This document shows, piece after piece, positions 1 through 7,424 of a stretch of 64,000 bases of DNA. The stretch comes from a virus. Numbering within the stretch: position 1 is the stretch's first letter; every line of letters starts with the position of its first letter. The stretch covers positions 64,001 through 128,000 of the IMG/VR virus record IMGVR_UViG_3300032286_000710. The stretch is one strand, 5' to 3'. The translations under genes were made by a program, and so were the position numbers. The notes under the pieces are model-generated. The model saw only the letters and a program-made list of their open reading frames with translations, made no database searches and had not been told where the DNA came from.

Positions 1-28
1 AAGGAAAATTTATATATTGAGCTTTAAG

Positions 29-805
29 ATGTCTAAAACAAGAACAAAAAAGAACAACAAGATAAAAACTGTTCCAGTTTCAATAAAAGAAGATAAAGTA
101 CTAGCAGACTTAATAAGCATAGTCATTTTATGCGACTTGCCGGGATATAGAATGAAATCTTATGGCCCAACGTCGCTAGTTAGCATAAACAACAAATGTC
201 TAATCGACTTACAAATAGATGCCATAAAAAAGACTTTTTCAAACTACGAGATAATACTATGTGTCGGATTTGATTCAGAAAAAATATACAAATATATTAG
301 ATCAAAATATAAAAACATAAATATCAGATTGGTTGAAAACCAAATATTTAACTCTTGCAACTCATGTGAGGGTGCTAGGTTAGCTATAAATAATACGCTT
401 AATGACAAAATATTGATATTGGACGGGAGCCTATTGATTCATAAGAAAACCCTTATTAATATAGATACAACTAAAATATGTGCTCTAATAGAAAAACACC
501 CATCTGAAAATCTAGAAGTTGGTATAAACATAAATTCTGAAAACAAAGCACAACATTTTTCATTTGGTGCTTATAGAACTTGGTCGGAACTAATATATAT
601 AAGTGGAATAGACGCAATAGAGAATATAAGAAAATTTCTGAATAATGACGAGAGTAAAAAGAAGTTTATCTTTGAGGCTATGAACGATCTTTTAAAGAAT
701 AAATATGAAATTCTTTGCATAGAGAACAAGTTTCCAATTTATAAAATAAGCAATATTAAGACATATCATAACATAAAGGACAACCATGAAATTTTTAATA
801 TCTAA
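29..805 (+). CDS. LicC-like sugar/phosphocholine nucleotidyltransferase-fold protein with a degenerate signature
   Basis: SIVILCDLPGYRMKSYGPTSL..LIDLQIDAIK..IILCVGF..IRLVENQIFNSCNS follows the LicC/NTP_transferase pattern, but the canonical LAAGxGxR is altered. ATG at 29 is preferred over TTG at 17. Confidence 0.7.
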   Translation: MSKTRTKKNNKIKTVPVSIKEDKVLADLISIVILCDLPGYRMKSYGPTSLVSINNKCLIDLQIDAIKKTFSNYEIILCVGFDSEKIYKYIRSKYKNINIRLVENQIFNSCNSCEGARLAINNTLNDKILILDGSLLIHKKTLINIDTTKICALIEKHPSENLEVGININSENKAQHFSFGAYRTWSELIYISGIDAIENIRKFLNNDESKKKFIFEAMNDLLKNKYEILCIENKFPIYKISNIKTYHNIKDNHEIFNI

Positions 806-1595
806 TTACAGCAACCCTTGGAATACTGAGCCTTATTATTTCAATGGTGGATTAAATTTGCTAGAGGGTGTAAGCTCTGAAATGTTTAACAATAATCAAA
901 GTGCATATGACAACTTTGATGCAGTTAACCCCGATATTTTTATAACCCACCTAGCTCATATTACCAAAGATATTGTTTCTTACCTTAGTGACAATAAGAA
1001 AGTACATCCCATCATTAATACAAATTGGACTAAATTAGATAATATAAATGGCGTTTGCTCTGCCCTGTTATCGCAAAATATAACACCTATTTTCTTTGGT
1101 TTTAATGACATCAAGGTAGATAATGCTAAATATTTTAGGATATTGCCGGGAGCAGATACTTTTCTAAAAAATGACACCAAGCAGTACTCTATTAATAAAT
1201 TAATTTTTGTTAATAAACAAGAAGAAATTGTAGATCTTGATGGAACATACCACTACGCAACTATAAACCAAGAAGTGTCACAATATGTTGATATTTTTTT
1301 ACCCATTACATTGTTGAACAATATCTTTGACAACTATGACGAGATAGTTTTTAAAAATAGCCTCTACATTGGATCTCAGCTATCTTTTAATGCTATATAT
1401 AGTGGAACTAAGGTTATATTTGACACAAAGGATTCAAATGACTTAGACAAGATAGATAATATATTTAAAGGGCAAAAACTATTATCCTCTGTTAAAAATA
1501 AACATACATGTTTGCACAGGGTGAAGTCGCTGTTATCACAACTGTCTTTATCAGATTTGGCCCATAAGATGGAGGACGAAATAAACAAATCATGA
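786..1595 (+). CDS. Putative glycosyltransferase-related protein (CgeB/Glyco_trans_1_2-like C-terminus)
   Basis: C-terminal KHTCLHRVKSLL resembles the HTyxHRaxxL end of CgeB-like GTs; lies in the GT operon. Confidence 0.5.
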   Translation: MKFLISNYSNPWNTEPYYFNGGLNLLEGVSSEMFNNNQSAYDNFDAVNPDIFITHLAHITKDIVSYLSDNKKVHPIINTNWTKLDNINGVCSALLSQNITPIFFGFNDIKVDNAKYFRILPGADTFLKNDTKQYSINKLIFVNKQEEIVDLDGTYHYATINQEVSQYVDIFLPITLLNNIFDNYDEIVFKNSLYIGSQLSFNAIYSGTKVIFDTKDSNDLDKIDNIFKGQKLLSSVKNKHTCLHRVKSLLSQLSLSDLAHKMEDEINKS

Positions 1596-2329
1596 GCGTA
1601 ACAGTCATACTTAACGGTTATAGAAGACCGCAGGCTTTAAGAGAGCAATATGATGCTATAAAGAATCAAACCCATAAGGACATTAAAGTAATGTTCTGGG
1701 GCAATTATAATGAGGAAACATTCAATCTATTTCCACCAGAAGTTCTATCTCAATGCACTACCGCTTTTTGTAACGAGAACCTTGGTGTATGGGCTAGATT
1801 TGCTTTTGCTTTGAATGCAAATACTAAATATATTTGTATGATTGATGATGATACCATACCGGGAAAGAAATGGATAGAACATTGTCTCAATGTATCTCAG
1901 ACCACTAATGGATTAATAGGTGGTCGAGGAGTAAGATTTACTGATAGTGATTATGCTAATTATCCCGGTTGTAAATATGAGGGGGTTGGCAAAGGCAACA
2001 AAGAAATAAAGAGAGTAGATATAATAGGTCACTCATGGTTTTTTGAAAAAGATTGGCTAAGATTTTACTGGTTAGATATGCCAAATGTTCAGCTTCTTTC
2101 TGGAGGCGAAGATATGCATTTTTCTTACGTCTTACAAAAGAGATTAGGATTGTACTCTTACATACCCCCACAGCCAGAGGATGATCCAGACTTTTGGGCA
2201 TCCAAAAATCCCAGCAAGTATGGAGAAGACATGGTTGCTACTTCAAGAACATCGTCTGGTCATATGCAAGCAAATAGTTATTGGAATTTTATGCTTTCTC
2301 AAGGATATAAACTGGCAAAGGATTCATGA
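1592..2329 (+). CDS. Glycosyltransferase, GT-A fold (GT2-like)
   Basis: N-terminal VTVILNGYRR, DxD motif ICMIDDDTIP, GGEDMHFS motif; ATGA overlap with the upstream gene. Confidence 0.85.
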   Translation: MSVTVILNGYRRPQALREQYDAIKNQTHKDIKVMFWGNYNEETFNLFPPEVLSQCTTAFCNENLGVWARFAFALNANTKYICMIDDDTIPGKKWIEHCLNVSQTTNGLIGGRGVRFTDSDYANYPGCKYEGVGKGNKEIKRVDIIGHSWFFEKDWLRFYWLDMPNVQLLSGGEDMHFSYVLQKRLGLYSYIPPQPEDDPDFWASKNPSKYGEDMVATSRTSSGHMQANSYWNFMLSQGYKLAKDS

Positions 2330-3327
2330 TGTTACTTATAGCATTTGGCACTAGACCAGAATGGATTAAAATTAAGCCAGTGGTAGATAAAATCAATGGT
2401 AAAATTCCATTTAGACTACTCTGCACTGGTCAGCATAGTTCACTAATAGATGATAGTTTAAAACAATACTCTTTGTCTTATTTGAAGATACAAGATCAAG
2501 TAGCAAATAGATTGGATTCTATTGTTACCAGTATTTTAAATCAGGTGGATGATTATTTAGATGATATAACACACGTGATGATTCAAGGAGATACTACTTC
2601 CGCTTTTGCTATAGCGTTAGCAGCATTCCATAGAAAATTAAAAATAATTCATTTAGAAGCTGGGTTACGAAGTTGGGACAAAAATAATCCATATCCAGAA
2701 GAATTTAATAGAATTTCTATAGGATCTATGGCAGACATTCATTTATGTCCAACATTACAGTGCAAAGAAAATTTAAGAAAAATAAAGAGCATGTGGAGTT
2801 CACCCTTTGTTGTTGGAAATACTGTTTTAGATAATTTAGTAAATATAGAACCAAGTTTAAGTAATATGGTTTTTGTTACTATGCACAGGCGTGAAAACAT
2901 ACAATTAATAGATAAATGGTTTACAGTAATAAATAATCTAGCTATTTCTCACCCAGAATTAAAATTTGTATTTCCTATGCATCCAAATCCAGAAATAAGA
3001 AAGCATAAAGAGTTGCTCACTCATGTAGAAGCAATCGACCCGCTACCATATATTCAATGTTTAGACTATATTGCTAAATGTGGATTAGTTATAACTGATA
3101 GTGGTGGATTGCAGGAAGAATCCGCTTTTTTGAAAAAGAAATGCATAGTTTGTAGGCTAACCACAGAAAGAACAGAGGGAGAACATACATTCTCAGAGTT
3201 GTGCTATGAGCCAGATATGCTTGAAGAAATATTCAATAGAACAAAAATAGAATTAGTGGATGCTCCATGTCCATATGGAGATGGGAAATCTAGTGAAAAA
3301 ATACTAAAAATCTTGGAGAATCTATGA
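2326..3327 (+). CDS. wecB: UDP-N-acetylglucosamine 2-epimerase (non-hydrolysing)
   Basis: GTRPEWIK, QGDTTSAFA, HLEAGLRS, PYPEEFNR, MHRREN, TDSGGLQEE and PYGDGKSS motifs are all present. Confidence 0.95.
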   Translation: MMLLIAFGTRPEWIKIKPVVDKINGKIPFRLLCTGQHSSLIDDSLKQYSLSYLKIQDQVANRLDSIVTSILNQVDDYLDDITHVMIQGDTTSAFAIALAAFHRKLKIIHLEAGLRSWDKNNPYPEEFNRISIGSMADIHLCPTLQCKENLRKIKSMWSSPFVVGNTVLDNLVNIEPSLSNMVFVTMHRRENIQLIDKWFTVINNLAISHPELKFVFPMHPNPEIRKHKELLTHVEAIDPLPYIQCLDYIAKCGLVITDSGGLQEESAFLKKKCIVCRLTTERTEGEHTFSELCYEPDMLEEIFNRTKIELVDAPCPYGDGKSSEKILKILENL

Positions 3328-4043
3328 AGAATTTTAGAAGTGACTTAATTACCTTCAAGGAAAAAATAAAAAACAAACAAAACTTTAGCTTTTCAAAGTA
3401 TGCTGATGGTGAATGGGCGGTCATACAGAATAAGCCATTAAACAATGGTGAATTTTGGTTTAATCCAGACGATCCAGAAGATCAGAAAAAGAGACAAGCA
3501 CTAATAGATTCATTTCAGTATAAACACCCTAACTATTATGTTGGAATTTCTTGTCCATGTTGCCAAGGAATAGATACTTTTAATGAAATGTATGATTTTT
3601 CTGGTCAAAACGATAACCATTTAACTTGGGCCAATCTATGGGTTAATAGCAATTATAATTATTATGTAAGCAACATATTGCCTCTTTATAAAGAGCGTTC
3701 AGTGGTTCTTTTCTGTAATAAAAATGCTACCGTAGAGAGGTTGCCATTTAGACCACATGTTATATTTCGTGTTGAGAATAATGCTTGGGCATATAATTGG
3801 GATGCAATATCATCCGCTAAAAAAATGATATCTAAGTTAACAGAAAAAAATGTACTTTTCTTGTTTTGTTGTGGTCCTTTTGGTAATATACTATGTCACG
3901 AATTAACGAATTATTGTGACGAACACACCTATTTAGATATAGGATCAACGCTTAATCCTTTCCTACAATCTGCTGGATTTGAACGACATTATTATATGGG
4001 AAACAATATTTTTTCAAATCTAACATGCTCTTGGGGAAAATAA
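3324..4043 (+). CDS. GT-D fold (DUF1792-like) glycosyltransferase
   Basis: FSFSKYADGE (cf. SxxRfGDGE) near the N-terminus, and LFCCGP..YLDIGS near the C-terminus. Confidence 0.65.
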   Translation: MKNFRSDLITFKEKIKNKQNFSFSKYADGEWAVIQNKPLNNGEFWFNPDDPEDQKKRQALIDSFQYKHPNYYVGISCPCCQGIDTFNEMYDFSGQNDNHLTWANLWVNSNYNYYVSNILPLYKERSVVLFCNKNATVERLPFRPHVIFRVENNAWAYNWDAISSAKKMISKLTEKNVLFLFCCGPFGNILCHELTNYCDEHTYLDIGSTLNPFLQSAGFERHYYMGNNIFSNLTCSWGK

Positions 4044-4044
4044 T

Positions 4045-4533
4045 ATGAATTTAGGAATATACATAAGCAATTTGATGGATACCGAACAACTCAATAGTGT
4101 CAGTAAATTGGTAGACGATAATGTATCAAATAAACTAGTTCATGATATTAGTATATTTTATGATGATATCGCTTTTAATCCAAATAATACAAGGTGTGGG
4201 ATGTTTAACTCTACAGACTTGTGGAGTTTTAATGGTAATCTTGTAGTTACATCTTTGAATGCCCTAAATACCGCTTTGAATATAGTGAACAATATTAATA
4301 TATTTTATTATCATGGGTGGCAACAAGAAAAGAATGTATTAAACTTGGTAATGTCTACAAGAAACGAAGTAAAAATTATTTGTAGATCAAAAAAAGACCA
4401 AAAAGAAATATATAGACTAACCGGCAAGAAGCCTGTTGGAGTCTCAGAAAATTTTGAAAATATTGTAGACCTACTATCGGAGTGCAAAGATGAACACAAA
4501 TCAAATAATAACAATGTATACCAAACAGCATAA
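4045..4533 (+). CDS. Hypothetical protein, possibly a single Rossmann-like GT subdomain
   Basis: 162-aa ORF in the GT operon with an alternating beta/alpha pattern; no catalytic motif recognised. Confidence 0.45.
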   Translation: MNLGIYISNLMDTEQLNSVSKLVDDNVSNKLVHDISIFYDDIAFNPNNTRCGMFNSTDLWSFNGNLVVTSLNALNTALNIVNNINIFYYHGWQQEKNVLNLVMSTRNEVKIICRSKKDQKEIYRLTGKKPVGVSENFENIVDLLSECKDEHKSNNNNVYQTA

Positions 4534-5257
4534 GAGTACTTATGAGATTGCGGAGGAGTTAAATACTTACCCCAATCGTATAAGGCGTATTCTTATCAAG
4601 AGTGGCGTTAATTTAAAGACTAAAAGTGAGGCACAGAAGAATGCAATAGAGAGTGGAACTGCTACTCATCCAACTAGCGGCAAGATAAGAACACAAGAAG
4701 AAAAGCTAAAGATTAGTTCTGGTCTTAAAAAGTATTGGGATGACATGTCAGATGAGATATACGAATCTCGCGTTGCACAATCTAAGAAAAGATGGGAAGA
4801 ATTATCCGATGTAGAAAAGGATAAAATGATGAGTGCTGCTATTAAAAGTATTCAAATTGCTGGCAAGGAAGGATCTAAATTAGAAAAGTTTTTATATGAA
4901 GAAATAACTCGGGGGGGATATAGTGTTGAATATCACAAAAAGCACCTTATCCAAAATCATGACATGGAACTTGACATGTACGTTCCGTCGATCAAGACTA
5001 TAATAGAGGTAGACGGCCCATCTCACTTCTTACCAATATGGGGAGAAGAGAAGCTTCAAAAGCAAATAAAAGCCGATACCCAAAAAAGTGGTCTAATTTT
5101 GAGCAAGGGTATGGTTATTTTGAGAATAAAAAACTTATCTGACTCGGTTTGTTTAGCCGATAAGGAGAAGTTGAGACTTGACATTTTGAAATGCTTGGGT
5201 AAAATAAAGGAGTCGTTCCCTCCAAAATCAGAAAGGTATATAGAGATTGAAATATGA
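4490..5257 (+). CDS. HTH + NUMOD3-like + Vsr/DUF559-type endonuclease (putative homing endonuclease)
   Basis: STYEIAEELNTYPNRIRRIL (HTH), RTQEEKLKIS (NUMOD3-like), GSKLE..ELDMYVP..IIEVDGPSHF..ILRI (Vsr-like PD-(D/E)xK). Confidence 0.75.
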   Translation: MNTNQIITMYTKQHKSTYEIAEELNTYPNRIRRILIKSGVNLKTKSEAQKNAIESGTATHPTSGKIRTQEEKLKISSGLKKYWDDMSDEIYESRVAQSKKRWEELSDVEKDKMMSAAIKSIQIAGKEGSKLEKFLYEEITRGGYSVEYHKKHLIQNHDMELDMYVPSIKTIIEVDGPSHFLPIWGEEKLQKQIKADTQKSGLILSKGMVILRIKNLSDSVCLADKEKLRLDILKCLGKIKESFPPKSERYIEIEI

Positions 5258-6009
5258 GTAATATTGAAAGTATTTTTGAAGAAGTAGTATTATCGTCGCC
5301 TAGTAACACAAATACATCAGTTAAGGACGTTGTAGTGTCAGATGTTCCATCCATGCTTTCCCCAGAGTGGCATGACTATGCTATGACTCTATTCACTGAG
5401 TCGGAGATGGTTGATGGTCATCCTCTAGTTGCCGGTTTGAGGCGTGTAGCAGAGCTTGTGCTGGGTCCAATTATGTTTAGTGGGCCAACACAAGTCTTTC
5501 CAGTTCAAAGAGAAGATCATCACGGCAGAGCAACCGTTATATTTAGCGTAGAATTCGCTAATGGTATGAGATATGCAGAAGTAGCAGATTCTTGGGAAGG
5601 TAATACTGATGATATGTTCTGTGCTTTTGCTGTTGCTATTGCTAGCACTAGAGCAGAAGCAAGGGCTTTGCGTAAGGCACTAAAGATTAAGGGTGTTGCT
5701 GCCGAAGAACTAACTAAGAAGGATACAGCAAAGATCGTCAGGGATATTTCTAATACTAAGAATGCTAGCGAGGGCGAGTATGACGATCAGAGTAGAATGA
5801 GTGATGCACAGTACAACTTTATTGATGTAAAGTGTAAGCAACTCAATATTGATGGAGAAAAGCTATTTGCACGTTTTAGTGTTGATAGCGGTAAGAAGGT
5901 TTCTAAAAAGATCGCTAGTGAAATCATTGATTCACTAAACGATTACCAGCGTGATAAGAGTTCAATTCCACAAGATATTACAGGCTATAAACAGGAGTGG
6001 CGTAAATGA
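5254..6009 (+). CDS. Rad52/Sak-like single-strand annealing protein
   Basis: RATVIFSV..AIASTRAEARALRKAL..VAAEE core, plus a C-terminal SDAQ..KKIASEIIDSL helical module typical of phage SSAPs. Confidence 0.6.
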   Translation: MSNIESIFEEVVLSSPSNTNTSVKDVVVSDVPSMLSPEWHDYAMTLFTESEMVDGHPLVAGLRRVAELVLGPIMFSGPTQVFPVQREDHHGRATVIFSVEFANGMRYAEVADSWEGNTDDMFCAFAVAIASTRAEARALRKALKIKGVAAEELTKKDTAKIVRDISNTKNASEGEYDDQSRMSDAQYNFIDVKCKQLNIDGEKLFARFSVDSGKKVSKKIASEIIDSLNDYQRDKSSIPQDITGYKQEWRK

Positions 6010-6341
6010 AGATTCTATATACAACAAAGAATGGCAGACTACAGGCAGAAATAGAGGGTGAGTCACAGAAGGATCTATTTAATGAACTAAGTAGATTTCA
6101 AGAAGTATTTGAGGAAACCACATGTGCAAAGTGTGGATCTGATGATATTCGATTTGTGGTTCGCACCGTAGATGATAATCAGTACTATGAACTTCGTTGC
6201 ATGAAGTGTGGTGCTAGACTATCATTTGGTGTCCATAAGAAGGGTGGCGGTCTATTTCCAAAGCGTAAGGATAATGAAGGTAACTGGCTTTCCGATAACG
6301 GTTGGGTTAAGTGGAATCCAAAGACGGAGAAGGCAGAATGA
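6006..6341 (+). CDS. Zn-ribbon hypothetical protein
   Basis: Two CxxC pairs (CAKCG, CMKCG); 4-bp ATGA overlap at the 3' end. Confidence 0.7.
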   Translation: MKILYTTKNGRLQAEIEGESQKDLFNELSRFQEVFEETTCAKCGSDDIRFVVRTVDDNQYYELRCMKCGARLSFGVHKKGGGLFPKRKDNEGNWLSDNGWVKWNPKTEKAE

Positions 6342-6619
6342 GATGTTTAGCACTACTATTTATGCTGATAGGAATATCAAATGAGGGATTTGCTAATTAT
6401 CCAGTTTACATTGTTCCACAACCAGTTCCAGTTGTTCAGCAACCGGTGGTTGTCCAAACTATGGTATACCAAGCACCACAATTAATAGTTACGGTTCCTG
6501 TACCAGTAGTAGTTTATCCTCAACCAATTATTGATCAAAGAATTTATTGGGGGTATCCTTACTATACAACAACACCTATGCCGGTCGAAAGACACAGACA
6601 TAGGTGCTGGAATTATTGA
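6338..6619 (+). CDS. Small secreted Pro/Val/Tyr-rich protein
   Basis: ATG at 6338 overlaps the upstream TGA and has a GGAG upstream. Signal-peptide-like MRCLALLFMLIGISNEGFA is followed by PVPVVQQPVVV repeats. Confidence 0.65.
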   Translation: MRCLALLFMLIGISNEGFANYPVYIVPQPVPVVQQPVVVQTMVYQAPQLIVTVPVPVVVYPQPIIDQRIYWGYPYYTTTPMPVERHRHRCWNY

Positions 6620-6626
6620 TGATTTG

Positions 6627-6650
6627 GGGGCGGGAAACCGCCCCTTTTTT
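6627..6650 (+). terminator. Intrinsic (Rho-independent) terminator
   Basis: GGGGCGG-GAAA-CCGCCCC followed by TTTTTT, at the convergence of the two operons. Confidence 0.9.
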
Positions 6651-7378
6651 CATATATATTCTACTGTGAAATATAAACCGTAGTTGGTCTTGCTACCAAT
6701 GCTCTGAGGTTCAGAACTAAGAGCAACATACCAATCGTGTCTCGTTGCAGTTAAAGATATTCCACTGTTGGAAGCATATCCAAGTGTCGTATCTGTATCT
6801 GTGGTATCTGTATTTAAACCACTCATACCGGGAGAGTTTGTTAATGGTAAATCTAGTTGAATTAGAGTAGGATCAAATTCAGTCCATCTAAATCCAGCAC
6901 TTGCTGTGGTATCTTTATTTGCCCTAAAACCTAAACTAGTCATAGTCTGAGAATTAGATGGATGTCTAGCCTCATAAACATAAGTTGAAACCCCACTTGC
7001 TGGTTTTGAAATGTCATTTCTATCAAATATACGAAGCTTGCAATTTTGAACTCTTACGGGAGTAGAGTGTGTGAATCTAAGATTTAGTGGGCATAAATAA
7101 TTGGGTAATTTATCTAAATCTATTGGTGTGCTACCATTTATGGCTACTGTTCCTTTTGCAAGAATAGTACCACTAGTATTCATAGCAGTATTGTTAAGCT
7201 GAACACCTTGAGATGTTCCATTAGCGTCTGTAACGTATGTTGATCGTTGCTGTGAGCCTACTGGTACAGAAACTCCGAATGCAGAACCATAGAAACCCAA
7301 TCCCGATCCGAGAGTGTGTTCTATTAGGGTGGCATTTGTATCACCCAAAACATTAGCATAGAATTTGATTTCAGCCAT
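6650..7378 (-). CDS. Putative virion structural protein
   Basis: 242-aa beta-rich G/S/T ORF with a GGGAG RBS and its own GTGTATAATA motif. Confidence 0.55.
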   Translation of the reverse strand: MAEIKFYANVLGDTNATLIEHTLGSGLGFYGSAFGVSVPVGSQQRSTYVTDANGTSQGVQLNNTAMNTSGTILAKGTVAINGSTPIDLDKLPNYLCPLNLRFTHSTPVRVQNCKLRIFDRNDISKPASGVSTYVYEARHPSNSQTMTSLGFRANKDTTASAGFRWTEFDPTLIQLDLPLTNSPGMSGLNTDTTDTDTTLGYASNSGISLTATRHDWYVALSSEPQSIGSKTNYGLYFTVEYI

Positions 7379-7409
7379 AAAAATCTCCCTGTATTTGTGG
7401 GTTATACTG

Positions 7410-7419
7410 TATTATACAC
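7410..7419 (-). promoter_or_regulatory. Putative phage late promoter GTGTATAATA
   Basis: One of five intergenic GTGTATA copies upstream of structural genes. Confidence 0.65.
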
Positions 7420-7424
7420 TTTTA

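Noticed and set aside
17-4533. Bacterial chromosomal capsule/LPS locus next to a prophage
   Set aside because: No flippase, polymerase, integrase or att site. The genes are coupled directly to phage-type endonuclease and SSAP genes with similar base composition.
6311-6337. Upstream ORF-track starts (6311, and likewise 17, 36530, 50407, 62305)
   Set aside because: In-frame downstream ATGs (6338, 29, 36518, 50374, 62272) have better RBS or stop-start coupling; for 29 the preference rests only on ATG over TTG.
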